Shown here piece by piece: positions 1-13,644 of a DNA stretch of 64,000 nt. The notes below the pieces were generated by a model that was given only the letters and a program-made list of their open reading frames with translations, searched no databases and was not told the DNA's origin. Made by a program: the position numbers and the translations under genes. The DNA is from Octopus bimaculoides (taxonomy: Eukaryota). The DNA is taken from contig NC_068983.1 in the NCBI RefSeq assembly GCF_001194135.2, forward strand, positions 121,237,446-121,301,445, read 5' to 3'. Within the stretch, counting starts at the first letter, position 1. Every line of letters begins with the position of its first letter.

Positions 1-67
<67 letters not shown>

Positions 68-80
68 ATGTATGTATATA
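1..80. repeat. (TA)n/(TG)n microsatellite
   Basis: Direct reading. Confidence 0.95.
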
Positions 81-110
81 TATGTATATTTAATACCTAT
101 TTGATATATA

Positions 111-510
111 GGTGCAGGCACGGCTGTGTGGCAAGAAGCTTGCTTCCCTACTACATGGTTCCAGGTTCAGTCCCACTGCAAGACACCTTCAGCAAGTGTT
201 TCCTACTATATTTTTGGGCCAACCAAAGCCTTGTGAGTGGATTTCATAGACGGAAACTGAAAGAAGCACATCACATATATTTGTGTGTCTTTGTGTCTCT
301 GTTTGTCCCCCAATCATTACTTGACAACCGATGTTGGTGTGTGTTTACATCCTCGTAAATTAGCGGTTCAGCAAAAGAGGCTAATAGCATAAGTTCTAGG
401 CTTACAAAGAGTAAGTCCCGCAGCCAATTTCTATGACTAAAACCTTTTAAGGTGGTGCTCCATCATGGCTGCAGTCAAATGACTGAAACAAGTAAAGAAT
501 AAAAGAATAG
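111..510 (+). mobile_element. tRNA-derived SINE, family A
   Basis: tRNA-like head (ggctgtgtggcaagaagc...ggttcagtccca), internal (TG)-rich linker, 3' end cagtcaaatgactgaaacaagtaaaagaa. Homologous to copies at 760, 10790 and 60585. Confidence 0.85.
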
Positions 511-759
511 TAAAGGTGTGTGTTCTGGTGGTTATGGTGTTTCACTCACAATTGAAAGATCATGGTTTCAAATCTTGGGCCAAGTGGCTCATTGTGTTTT
601 TCAGCAAAACACATCATTCATATTACCCTGCAGTTACTTTGGCATCTGACGTGTGACACACTGTGTGCCTGTACAGGCAATGTGGAGAGAGTGAGCAAAT
701 GCACAGCAAGCAGTTTCAGAATCTTTATCTGTCATCTACCTTTCATATATATATATATT

Positions 760-1172
760 TCTTTCACGTGTTTCAGTCATTTGACTGCAGCCATGCTGGA
801 GCACTGCCTTAAAAAGTTTTTTAGTTGAAGAAATCAATCCCAAGACTTATTTCTTAAACCTCGTACTTATTTTAATCGTCCCTTTTGCTGAACCACTAAG
901 TTATGGGGACGTAAACACACTGACATCGGTTCTCAAGCAATGATGGGGGGGGGGACAAACACAGCCACAAAGACATACATAAATACATACATACATGCAC
1001 ACACACACACACACACACAACAGACTTCTTTTAGTTTCCATCTACCAAATCCACTCAAAAGGCTTTAGTCGGCCCAAAACATTTTTCAAAGGTGCCACGC
1101 AGTGGGTTTGAACTCGGAACCATGCAGTTGGGAAACAAACTTCTTATCACACACCCATGGTTGTGCCTGTAT
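760..1172 (-). mobile_element. tRNA-derived SINE, family A
   Basis: Reverse complement of the 111-510 copy along its length. Confidence 0.85.
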
Positions 1173-1179
1173 GTATATA

Positions 1180-1736
1180 NNNNNNNNNNNNNNNNNNNNN
1201 NNNNNNNNNNNNNNNNNNNNNNNNNNNNNNNNNNNNNNNNNNNNNNNNNNNNNNNNNNNNNNNNNNNNNNNNNNNNNNNNNNNNNNNNNNNNNNNNNNNN
1301 NNNNNNNNNNNNNNNNNNNNNNNNNNNNNNNNNNNNNNNNNNNNNNNNNNNNNNNNNNNNNNNNNNNNNNNNNNNNNNNNNNNNNNNNNNNNNNNNNNNN
1401 NNNNNNNNNNNNNNNNNNNNNNNNNNNNNNNNNNNNNNNNNNNNNNNNNNNNNNNNNNNNNNNNNNNNNNNNNNNNNNNNNNNNNNNNNNNNNNNNNNNN
1501 NNNNNNNNNNNNNNNNNNNNNNNNNNNNNNNNNNNNNNNNNNNNNNNNNNNNNNNNNNNNNNNNNNNNNNNNNNNNNNNNNNNNNNNNNNNNNNNNNNNN
1601 NNNNNNNNNNNNNNNNNNNNNNNNNNNNNNNNNNNNNNNNNNNNNNNNNNNNNNNNNNNNNNNNNNNNNNNNNNNNNNNNNNNNNNNNNNNNNNNNNNNN
1701 NNNNNNNNNNNNNNNNNNNNNNNNNNNNNNNNNNNT
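1180..1736. other. Assembly gap (557 N)
   Basis: N run. Other large gaps: 32849-33673, ~38494-38594, ~47645-48119, ~52405-52806, ~53389-53488, ~60632-60809. Confidence 1.
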
Positions 1737-1854
1737 TTTTTTTTTTTTTTTTTTTTTTTTTTTATTGGTGGGGCAGGTATTATAGGAAAAAGATATATTT
1801 AACTGAGCTGGATCTGGTTTTACTGATTTCAGCTTTTTTGCTGTTCTAAAAGCA

Positions 1855-1917
1855 TGCATATACATACATACATACATACATACATACATACATACATACA
1901 TACATACATACATACAT
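1855..1917. repeat. (TACA)n microsatellite
   Basis: Direct reading. Confidence 0.95.
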
Positions 1918-2724
1918 AGTATGTATGCATGCATATAACTGATGTTATGGAAGCCTAATGTGCATGCACACTCTGCACCTTATTGGGTCCCCTATCCCAA
2001 GTCACTTCCATTTGACATCCATTTTTCATTCTTACCATTGTCACCTCCAGCAATCTATATTTGCCACCAATATCCAGTCTTTCCTTTACTTTGTCAATCT
2101 TTAACTCTTCCTCCACTCTCTTGTAGCTTTTAATCCCATCTCTTATCTCCCTACCACTCATCCTTCTTTCATTCTCCTATCTACTGTATCATTCTGCTGT
2201 TGTAAGTAAATTAAATCAGAACTTGTTACAAGTATCACCATTTATGTACTGCTGGATTCTGCTCCCTCTCCTCCAATCTACTCCTAGTCGACATCCATCC
2301 ATCATTCTTATCCCCATCAATCCATTTATATTTACTATCAACTACACCCACTCTTGTTCACCATTTACTACATTCACCTCCTCTATATAGCTGACGACCT
2401 CTATCCATGTTTATATCATCTCACTCTCCTTCTATATTCTTGCAACCCTGTCTGTTCCTGCTGATTCTTCTAACTCCATGCCCTCTTCCATTCACCTTCT
2501 TGGGCATGTTACATTGAGAGCATGTTCTAGCACCTCTTTTTGTTGCACAACCCTAACCACTCCCACCCACCCATGGAAAATGTGAGGTACCCATAAATCT
2601 CCTCCACATGATCCATTAATCTCCCAGCACCTCACTTAAAGCACCTACTCTATCTCCTATTCTCCCTTTCAGTCAATATTTCTCTTCAGTCTTGCAAGTT
2701 ACAAGATAACTGCACAAGTGCTGG

Positions 2725-2895
2725 CACCATAAAAAGCCACACTCAGTACACTCTTTAAAGCGGTTGTTTTTAGGAATGGCATTTAGCCATAAAAACTCTG
2801 CTAAAACTAAGACACTGGATCAAGACATAATCCTATGGATTGTTAGATCCTATCAAACCACCCAACCCATGCCAGTTGGAAAGCAGACATTAAAA
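2725..2895 (+). mobile_element. Old SINE/LINE 3' end with RTE-type tail
   Basis: Ends acccatgccagttggaaagcagacattaaa, a diverged form of the RTE tail at 7033-7070. Confidence 0.55.
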
Positions 2896-3599
2896 TTATA
2901 ATACTGAATTGTCTCCACCAAAATTCACTTGGTATGCTGGCCTCACACCTTCCATTCTTTCAATCTTTCTTCTCCAAGACCCCTTTTCCCTTAGAAATTT
3001 TAAACCTTTCTCTCTTTTCTCTTGTATCACCATTGACCAACCAAAGAACTCCAAGTATAAATTAACCACACTCCCTCTACTTCTATACACATACCCTATC
3101 TGTGGGAGAAGTAAAAGAAGGCTACGAACTATGTGCATCTCCCTAGATATAATAAAGTTACATTTAACTGTTGTATTTTTAAAAATATATCTTTAATTAT
3201 TTCTCATACAAAAACTAATATTGGAAAGTGAAGTTTATTGATTCTTCAGTAATAAGAAACTGTATGTCAAAGATGTCTTCCAACTTTTTACATCATTCCT
3301 CTCATCTCTCCTCATCCCAAATGTGATGCACTTTTTATACACTTTAAATACAATAACTTCCACTGAACAAAAATGATTTTTTTTTTTCATCAGTTTCGAT
3401 TTTTTTAGCATCACTTTGCAATTTTCTTATTAATTTTTCTAACAATGTGTCATCTGATATTCTATTTTTTTCTCTAGCACTCCTGTCAAATGAAGTTTCA
3501 ATAATACATTGGTCCATCTCCCTATCTCTTTATCTTCTCATTGTTCATTGACCTATTGCTTTCCTAACCAAGACCAGATTAATATTCTCAGAGATAGGT

Positions 3600-3953
3600 C
3601 TTGAAATTTATAATGTGTGTATGAGTGGATCAAGAAGTTTAAAAATGGCCAGACAAGCATGATGCAAAAGAGGTAGCAGGATGACGATAAGATTCAGCAA
3701 GCTTGAGAGATTGTAATGGTGAACTGGTTTACCATTACTAACTCTTGGATCATTGCTCTTTGTTCTTCTTTGGTGCACATTGCTAGTGGAACGGCCATGC
3801 TTACATTATAAAGCCAGAAAGAAAAATGGCATGATCAGAGTCAAACTTTGATCATGTGACCACAATAGTATCACATATAGGCACACATGCACAGAAGGCA
3901 ATAAAGATTAAGATATGTTTTGGCAAAAGTGAATAATTTTTGACTTCCCCTTG
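3600..3953 (-). mobile_element. Mariner transposon remnant, internally rearranged
   Basis: Minus strand: TA|CAAGGGGAAGTCAAAAATTATT TIR-like end at 3953, then ATG at 3798 reading MAVPLAMCTKEEQRAMIQ. Plus strand 3617-3727 reads VYEWIKKFKNGQTS...DDDKIQQA*EIVMVN. Both resemble mariner transposase N-terminal HTH sequence. Confidence 0.75.
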
Positions 3954-3974
3954 TATATATATATATATACATAT

Positions 3975-4115
3975 ACACAACAGGATTCTTTCAGTTTCCA
4001 TCTACAAAATCCTGAGGTTATAGTAGAAGACACTTGCCCAAGGTGCCATGCAATGGAACTGAACCCAAAACCATGTGATTGGGAAGCAAGCTTCTTAGCA
4101 CACAGCGACTCTTGC
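3975..4115 (-). mobile_element. Family A SINE, 5' portion
   Basis: ttctttcagtttccatctac...gggaagcaagcttcttagcacacagc is the reverse complement of the family A head. Confidence 0.75.
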
Positions 4116-5446
4116 ATGTATGATGTTTATTTATGGAGATTTGACTGCACCTTTGTGCAGCTTAAACCACTACATAAATACTTTTTCATGTTGTCCCTAT
4201 TTTAAACATAGCAGTGTGTTTTTTTAATTTATTGCATTGACCAGAAACTATATAGGCATTCTTTTCCAGAATCTCCTGCTTAAAAGATTTTATATAGTGA
4301 TTCATGAGCTACAATTTTCCTGCAAATGTTCAGGTTGGGCACAGTCTCATCAGTCTTAGAAGGTTTGCTAATACCATGGGTAATGCCTCTCCTTCTCTGA
4401 CTGATCTACTACAAGCATCTCTAGAGATAAAAATCTCTGGTTGTACATACTCACTTGATTTACTGTTTTGTCAGCTGATACAGGGCCAGTTGGAACTTTT
4501 CAATAATAACTGGCTCTTCAATAATTATGCTAATTTGTTTCAAATATAAATATTTCTTAAAAAATTATTTAAATGTGTATATGAATGTTTAATCAAATAA
4601 TCCAGTAACAATTCTCTGTCAATCTCATGGATATCACATATGAAGAGACACCACCCAGAAAATGATGTTGAGAAGCAATCAGTTTAAAAAACAGTTTTCA
4701 TGTATTATTTCAATTGCAACTGTTAAACATTCCACTTGTACAAATTCACCTATTATCATGTGTGATGTACAACACACACACACGCATTCATATATATGCA
4801 TCATAAATATATATACATACACACACTCATACATAGTTGTACCATTCATTTGCCTTTAGCCTCTTTCTGAGAACAGGTTTGTTTTCTTTTTTTCTTTTTC
4901 TTTCTCACCATGGGATAGAAGTTAATTAATGTTCAGTTTTAACCACAAGAAGAAAAGTAAAATTTATTCAGAAATAAGTGTTCTATATGAGCAGTATATT
5001 TACTGGTTCATCAATTTTTTACATAATGGAATAAAGAAAATATTGTTTTCTTTTTCTCCATTTTCTCTTCTTTCACTCAAAAATATCATTAAGTATGTGA
5101 CTCAAGATATTATATTCTTTGCATATGTAATATTTAATACTTCCTTTTAGCTCCATATCTATGGACAATCCTGTTTATGTTGCATCACTTCAGCCTGAAG
5201 TAATGGATTGTTAGCTAATCAATGAAGGAATTATATTACCCAACTAAATGTCTTCATTTTACACCAGAAAGATAGGAGGGAAGAAGGAAAAGAAAGAAAA
5301 AAAGATGCTACCTCAATGTTTTAGAAATTGATAAAAATAATTCTGAGTATATCCAATTAATTTTTTTTTTTTTCTTGCTGCAAAGTTAAAAGCAGAGAGT
5401 TCAGACTTGAGTTATGATATCATATGTAAGCTTTCTGTTTTCAGCC

Positions 5447-5945
5447 ATATTTAGCATTCAGATTACTCTCTCAAATTTAATGCTTATTTATTCAGATTGT
5501 TTTGAATTAATTATACATTATCGTAGCTTCGAGTGAAGGCACATGACTTAGCGGTTAAGGTATTCGGTTGTGAATTCAGTTCCCAGTAACACGTTGTGTC
5601 TCTGAGCAAGATGCTTTATTTCACATTGCTCCAGTCTACTTGGCTGGCAAAAATGAGTTGTACCTGTATTTCAAAGGGCCAGCTTTGTCGCAATTTGTGT
5701 CACATCGAATCTTCCTGAGAACTACATTAAGAGTACACATGTCTGTGGTGTACTCAACCACTTGCATGTTAATTTCACAAACAGCCTGTTTGGTTTGATT
5801 GGATCAACTGGAACCCTTGTCATTGTAACTGACAGAGTGCCAATTTTATTGTAGCTTCAAGATTTCAATGCCGTGTTTGTTTATTTTTAGAATGACATTG
5901 CAGAGTAGGTGTGAGAGGCTACATCTGGCTGGCTTGAACATCAGT
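5447..5945 (+). mobile_element. TTAA-type MITE (family M1) split by a SINE insertion
   Basis: 5447-5533 and 5851-5945 together match the intact copy at 40211-40431. Confidence 0.75.
5534..5850 (+). mobile_element. tRNA-derived SINE, family C
   Basis: tRNA-like head plus gttgtgtctctgagcaagatgctttatttcacattgctccagtc core. Flanked by gtagcttc(g/a)ag TSD (5523-5533 and 5851-5861). Confidence 0.85.
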
Positions 5946-7032
5946 ATTTGATTTCGATATGGTTGGTTTAAATGTTAAAAATTTAAGTTACATACAAGTG
6001 GCCTTTGTCATGTTACTACTAGGACCTTGTGACTGTGAAGCAAACTTCATAACACACAAACAAACAAACAAACAAACAAACAAGCATTGGAGTGCCTTAA
6101 ATTTGAAGGAACTGGGAAATGATGTAAAGGATGAGCACATTGGCAGCAGCAGTCTAATCTGTTATTTCTGAGTGACTAACCCATGACAACAACCTACTCC
6201 ATCATGTGTGATATCATATGCAATGAACTTATGTTAACTAAATAAACCATTGCCCAGCTTGCAGACATAGTGGTGACAGTTATATCCTGTCCAAGCACAT
6301 GGCCCTAAGAATAAAGAAATGAATTAATGTTGCTTCTGCATCAACAATACCACATGACCTAAGTTGACCAATAGAGGCCTAACATCTAGAAGCTATCTTG
6401 AATTCACTTCAAATTCTATTACATTTCTCTAGATACCTGGTGAGATGGGTTTGTCCTACAAAATTTTAAGTCATGTGGAGCTTAATCAAGCTATTATTAA
6501 ATAATATATGATATATGATATATCTCAATATATGTATTACATAGATAGTCCTTTTGTTACATACGTTCTGCTGTTTTCGTGTGTGTGTGTGTGCTTGGCA
6601 TTGGTCAAACAATGTTTTGTTATGGTGAAAGATACTTGCTGCTATGTAGAATCAATCCTATAATTGCACATTTATAAGGAAACTTCTTAACCACAAAGTA
6701 ATGCAAAGTATGTTACTGGTATTTTTTTTCATTAGCTCTTCTACACATGGAAGACAAAATTATACTAAAATTATTAAGACAACAAATTAGATTCATTTAG
6801 ATAACTAGAATATGGCACTTTCTTTAGTGCATTCAAACCTCTGGAAATTCTGGTTAAGCTGGAGTATCAGCTTATGCACTAAGAAGAGACAGTGGTAATG
6901 GTGAAAGTGGTGGCAGTAGTGGTTACTGTTGGAAGCTGTTTTATACTGATCTTACCTGACTGGGAATAGATGATCTTCAACAATAGAACCCTTCATCTCT
7001 GTCTAACAGAGCAGAAAGTAGTACTCCTGCTT

Positions 7033-9069
7033 CATCATTGTTTAACCTCCGCTTTCCATGCTAGCATGGGTTGGACGATTTGACTGAAGACTGGCAAACC
7101 AGATGGCTGCACTAGGCTCCAATCTGATCTGGCAGAGTTTCTACAGCTGGATGCCCTTCCTAACACCAACCATTCCGAGAGTGTAGTGGGTGCTTTTACA
7201 TGCCACCGGCACGAAGGCCAGTCAGGCAGTGCTGGCAACGGCCATGCACAAGTGGTGTTTTTTACTTGCCATCTGCACAGGAGCCAGTCCAGTGGCACTG
7301 GCAACAACCTCACTTGTATACTTTTTCACATGCCACTGGCACAGGTGCCAGTAAGGCGACACTGGTAATGATCACATTCGAATGGTGATTTTTACATGCC
7401 TCCAGCACAGAAGCCAGTCAGCTGCTCTGGCAGCGACCATGCTCGGATGGTGCTCTTAGCGCTCCACTGGCACAGATGCCAGTCATTGAATTTGTGAATT
7501 TGATTTGACTTCACTTGCCTCAACAGGTCTTCTCAAGCAGAGGTTAGTGTCCAATGAAGGAAAGGTACGCATAAGTGGGCTGGTTACACCCCCTGGCATA
7601 GGCCATGGTTATGGTCTCACTTGGCTTGCCGGGTCTTCTCACGCACTGCATATTTCCAAAGGTCTCAGTCACTAGTCATTGCCTCGGTGAGGCCTAATGT
7701 TCGAAGGCCGTGCTTCACCACCTCATCCCAGGTCTTCCTGGGTTCTACCTCTTCCACAGACTCCCTCAACTGCTAGGGTGTGACACTTTTTCACACAGCT
7801 GTCCTCATCCATTCACACCACATGTCCATACCAGTGCAGTCCTCTCTCTTGCACTCTGATGCTTCTTAGGTCCAACTTTTCTCTCAAGGTACTTACACTC
7901 TGTCGAGTATGCACACTGACATTACACATCCATCGGAGTATACTGGCTTCATTCCTTGTGAGCTTACGAATGTCCTCAGCAGTCACGACCCATGTTTCAC
8001 TGCCATGTAGCATGGCTGTTTGTACACATGCAACATACAGTCTACCTTCTACTCTGAGCGAGAGGCCCTTTGTCACCAGCAGAGGTAAGAGCTCTCTGAA
8101 CTTTGCCCAGGCTATTCTTATTCTAGCAGCTACACTTTCAGTGCACCCTCCCCCGCTACTGAATTGGTCACCTAGGTAACGGAATCTATCAACTACTTAT
8201 AGTCTTTCTCCCTGGAACGTGGCGGAAGTTGTTCCCTGCACATTTTCAGTGTTTATTGCTTCTGAGCATTTGCCACATACAAAAACTATCTTCCCAGTTA
8301 GCCTTCTTTGATATTGCTGCACCTCTTATGTGTCCATAGCTTACACTGCATACATCTTATAGAGTTTCTACCTATGTTTTTTCTACAGATCGAGCAGGGC
8401 CATCTACCTGAAGGGATTTGTGGTTTGTCTGCCTTCCTACTTATTAGGACTTTAGTTTTAGCTAGGTTGACACTAAGGCCCTTCGATTCTAATCCTTGTT
8501 TCCACACCTGAAACTTCTCCTCTAGTTGTGAGAGTGACTCAGCAATTAGAGCAAGGTCATCAGCATAGAGGAGCTCCCAGGGCATCCTGTCTTGAATTCC
8601 TCTATTATTGCCTGGAGGACTGATAAATAGGAGGGGGCTGAGGACTGAACCTTGGTGGACCCCTACCTCTACCCGGATTTCTTCACTGTACTCGTTGACA
8701 ACCCTCACCTTACTGACAGCGTCCCTGTACATGGCTTGCACAGCTCTCATTAACCATTCATCTAACCCTAGTTTCCTCATTGACCACCAGATAAGGGATC
8801 GGGGGACCTTGTCAAAGGCTTTCTCCATGTCAACAAAAGCCAGGTACAGAGGTTTATCTCTGGCTAGGTATTTCTCCTGCAGCTGTCTTACCAGAAATAT
8901 AGCATCAGTGGTGCTTTTCCCTGGCACGAACCTAAATTGCATCTCATGTAAACTGACTCTCTCCCTAATTAGTTGGGCTACGACCATCTCCGTGACCTTC
9001 ATTACCTGATCCAACAACTTGATACCTCTGCAATTATTTGTATCTAAAGCATCACCTTTACCTTTGTAG
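7033..9069 (-). mobile_element. 5'-truncated RTE-clade LINE (RT ORF2 fragments plus structured 3' UTR)
   Basis: ORF 8298-9017 has RT motifs (QFRFVPGKSTTDAIF, AFVDMEKAFD, GVHQGSVLSPLLF, YADD). ORF 7813-8076 has MLHGSETW and WYGHV. The 3' end is (CAT)n-type. Confidence 0.95.
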
Positions 9070-10281
9070 AGTAAGTAAAAACAACTAGCAATGAAGGACC
9101 TGACTTCAGGACTTCAGTGTGTGAAATATAGGGAAGAGCGAGAGGAGGGGGATTTCCAGAAACTATAAATCAGCTGAATTAAGTATTTAAAAAAAAACAT
9201 TGATGCTAGTATGCTGCAAGTAGAAGATAATTCAAAGATTTCAGAAACCAGATGAAGCAGACTGCACAATAGAATTTCAAATAATTGGCTGCCATTTAGG
9301 AAAAAAAAGTAACCAATCCAATAAATAGATTTCCTTAAATACTTTGTCATCAAATTCAACCATTAACCAAAGCTGATAAAGCAATTAAATGAGAATTGTG
9401 TAAAATCTATCAACACCAGGCTGCTGCCTCGTTGAATGTTGCTTCTCAATGTGAATTTCTGTTTGGTCTGAGTGACAGTAAAATGTGTAAGCATGGATAT
9501 TCAATGTAAATATCTGGCACTTCATATGCCATAAACTGTCTTTTTTGTAATTATTGGAAAATCTGAATGATTGAGAAAGACTTGTACATCGCAAATTACT
9601 GAAGAACAAATGCAACTGCTCAAACTATTGTTCTTGAAATGTTATTTCTTTCATATTAACACCAAGAAATTATCACCATTCATAGCATTACACAAAGCCG
9701 TCCAGTTCATGTAATAACTGTAAAAGCAAACATACAAGAGGTAGCATATAAGGTCAGAGTTTTTTAAGAAGCAGGCAATTTTTTGGATACAGTCTATGCA
9801 TATAACAGTATCACCATCCCAGATGTGGTAATGTGCTGCCCTGGGGTTCTCAGATAGGTTTTACAGAGGGTTAATAGTAATTGGGAGCTGTGGTATTTTC
9901 TAAACTTGAACAGGAAAGCCTTCTTTGTTATGCAGTCTTTGCTATATTCATTCACTCTTGAAAGCGTATTCCTGGCTGCACATTTATGGTCATGTTATAT
10001 AGTTTAGATAAGAGATGTAACATCTGGCTATAAGGTAAAGAGAGCAATAAAACTGAATCGACCTCTGTTTGTGATATTGATTTCCATTTTTGTTATGGGT
10101 TACTAAAATGACCAGATCTGAATCTATTTGTGTGTGTGTGAATGCATTTAATAACAATGAAAATTAATTACCTGAGTTTTCATACATATTGAAAAGAATA
10201 ATATTAGATTTAAATAATAAAAGATACATACAAACATGCTTGCATTTATATATATATTCTAGCATGCATACATACTGACAA

Positions 10282-10339
<58 letters not shown>

Positions 10340-10789
10340 TTACTTCCGTAAGGACTAATTAAACAAAAGAGCTTGTACTGATTCAGTGAGAGAAGTCCCT
10401 AAAACTTATTAATAATTACATCACTTAAAAATATACACTTGTCTCGTATGACATCACAAATTAATACATATCATAGATAAGATATATCCATTCCACCTCA
10501 TAATTAATGATTTAATTAAAATCATGAGTTATCTAAGACTACTCATCACATTCCATGTCATCAACAATAAAGAATGACAAATTATAAATTGTTCCAAACC
10601 TCTATATTTTATATAAAAATTGCAGGATTAGCACTTATTAATAAATTCCATTAAGTAATTGCTGAAAACAAAAGTTCATATTGAATAAAATATATATCAT
10701 CATATGTGTTTTGTGTGTGTGTGTGTGTGTGCAAACACATGATGGTTAGTGACAGGAAGGGCATCCAGCCATAAAGTGAACAATAAAAT

Positions 10790-11203
10790 GATATCTCTTT
10801 TACTCTTTTACTTGTTTCAGTCATTTGACTGCGGCCATGCTGGAGCACCATCTTTTAGTCGAGCAAATCGACCCCAGGACTTATTCTTTGGAAGCCTGGT
10901 ACTTATTCTATCGATCTCTTTTGCTGAACCGCTAAGTTACAGGGATGTAAACACACCAGCATCGGTTGTCAAGCGATGTTGGGGGACAAACACAGACACA
11001 AACATATACACACACATACATATGTATATAAACATATATACGATGGGCTTCTTTCAGTTCCCGTCTACCAAATCCACTCACAAGGCTTTGGTCGGCCCGA
11101 GGCTATAGTAGATGACACTTGCACAAGATGCCACGCAGTGGGACTGAATCCGGAACCATGTGGTTGGTAAGCAAGCTACTTACCACACAGCCACTCCTGC
11201 ACC
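10790..11203 (-). mobile_element. Family A SINE, young full-length copy
   Basis: Complete head-to-tail copy with CpGs largely preserved. Confidence 0.9.
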
Positions 11204-11545
11204 AATATACATATATATATTTATTTTAAATAGTGGACCTTGAAGTATATCACATTAAGCTATAAATAATAGTATGTACATTTTGGTCAAAAACCCCTTT
11301 GAGATAGAATATGTCAAAGACTGCTCATGAGACACAAATCCACATCTCTTATAGATGTGACAGGTGTTGTACCTTTAGTCCAAAGCGATCCTTTGAATTT
11401 CTTTATCGATATTAGAAACTTTATTTCATGCCAATGAGAATTGTATGCTGTTGACACCGTAAGCATTTTATAAACTTTTTCTAGAGAATAGTGGATCTTA
11501 AAGCACATCACATAAAGCTATAAATACTAGCATGTAAATATTGGG

Positions 11546-11582
<37 letters not shown>

Positions 11583-11718
11583 CAGATGTGTTGTGTGTGT
11601 AAAGAAGTTAGTGTTGGTAACAGGAAGAGCATCCAGCTGTAGAAAAATTTGCCTCAATAAACCCATGCAAGCATGCAAAGTGGCCATTAAAATGATGTTG
11701 ATGATGTGTGTGTGTGTG

Positions 11719-11750
<32 letters not shown>

Positions 11751-12139
11751 AAAGCAGATGTACTATATGTACAATAAATCATTAAATATCGTTGAAGCAC
11801 AGAATTCAAGTTAAATTAAAATCCTACAGCATCAGTACAGGTTAAGGCTATTACAAGTTGGAAGAGCCATGTATAATTTAAATAAATAACCAGGAAGCAG
11901 ATTTAGTAACTCTTTCTTTCATTGCTTTAACTCACCATTTTCTATTATTAAAAGAACAATTGGCATTTTTGACGGCATGGGTATGCTATTGTATACATAA
12001 ACTACAGCTGTATCCAGCTGCAAGATAGGAAGAATGGGATTGATAATAGACTGCTTGAGTTTAAATTACACCCCTTTTGAGTTTAAGCTAAAGATTTATG
12101 GAGCAAACAAAGTAGAAAGACAGAATCACTCATTGTCAA

Positions 12140-12365
12140 CTCTTTAGCATTTTAAACTGGCCATATCTGACCCAAATATTCTGTTTTATGTTCAAACTAT
12201 TCAGATCTTAGCTCTCTCACCTACCCTACAATGTCACTCTAAAAATGAACAATCAGGTCATCAAAATCTCAAGGCTACAAGATAATGTATGATTAATTCA
12301 AAACAACATGAATGATAAGTATTATATAAGTGAATGATAAGTATTTGACAGAGTAATCTGAATGT
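12140..12365 (-). mobile_element. MITE family M1
   Basis: Reverse complement of 40211-40431. Confidence 0.7.
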
Positions 12366-12879
12366 TACATTGTTAAACAAGTGATGATGCATAGAGTGCT
12401 TTTTATGTAGCACCAGCACTGACTGGGTTGCCAAATATCTTGCAAGACAAAAATCCTTCAGCTGGGAAGGAATAGTAGTATTGAGGGGATGAGGTGGCTT
12501 TGTGCCAGTTGATGAGAGATTAAAAATATAGAGGGTAGGGATAAGTGTCTTGCTGTAGAGTAGATACATGGATATCCCAGTTGGAAAAGAAAGGAGGGTG
12601 AGTTAGATAGTAGGATGAAGAGAACAGGTGAGTCAAAGAGCAAAATAAAGAGAAAGCAACAGCGAGAGATGATGGTGAGGATGTACCAAAACATGCCATC
12701 AGGGGACATTGGGGGTGATGAGAATAGATGATACAGAGGTCTGGATTAGGTGAGTGGGCAGGATAGGGGTGACTATGGCAAATGACAAAGTGAAATATAG
12801 CTTAATTTAGTTCTCTGTTGCCTCCATGCGTGTTTATGCACACACATATATATACACATGTGTATATATATACACACAT

Positions 12880-12911
<32 letters not shown>

Positions 12912-12912
12912 G

Positions 12913-12974
<62 letters not shown>

Positions 12975-13578
12975 TGCACACACACACACACGTTCAGATG
13001 TTATAATTCTTCATAGAAGAGCTCTCAAGAGACACCTGGCCCCTATTGTAAGAAGACAAACACTAAATATGTTTATTTTCTTTGTAACACAATTCATTCA
13101 TTTTCTAAAATACTATGATCACCTGGTTGAAATATATCTCCCACCTTCTTTCACTTGTATATATATATATTACAACTAGGTACCCTTCCTAATACCAACC
13201 AATTCACAGTTTATCCAATATCAGAGAGGTTATTATGATAGTTTGTGATCTCAGTGCATTTTGTTGAGTGCAGCTGCAGTAGTATCTCCATTAATGCAGT
13301 AATATTAAATGCTTGCTTTTGGAGTGTTTTAAGTTAGCTGAGCATTCTGCATAAAGCATTCATTTAATACAATCAAGCATATTTGACCATACTTTGATAT
13401 AGTACTGTATAACCATTGGCTCTTCCTTTCTTGTCCAGCTTACCTCCTTATTTGTACCTTTTACATAATAAATAATTTGAATATATAATTTCAGATTTAA
13501 AGAAATTTTAATGATTATAAGGGTGTCTATTTACTCCTGTCATGTCTGTATATATATATATATATACAAACAACGATG

Positions 13579-13644
<66 letters not shown>

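Noticed and set aside
1086-1934. Long ORFs spanning N runs (also 32789-33844, 47600-48205, 52192-52936, 60581-61143)
   Set aside because: Their length comes from gap X residues. Only the LINE-derived part at 33674-34019 is meaningful.
1940-3540. Pyrimidine-rich tracts suggesting a decayed retroelement on the minus strand (similar at 12380-12770)
   Set aside because: No motif could be read with confidence. It needs a translated HMM search.
5534-5600. tRNA-like sequences here and in other SINE heads as tRNA genes
   Set aside because: They continue into SINE cores and tails, have TSDs or many diverged copies, and lack complete cloverleafs.
11357-11465. Exon-like segment cttatag|...|gtaagc as the missing penultimate exon
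   Set aside because: Stops in all three frames and no kinase similarity.
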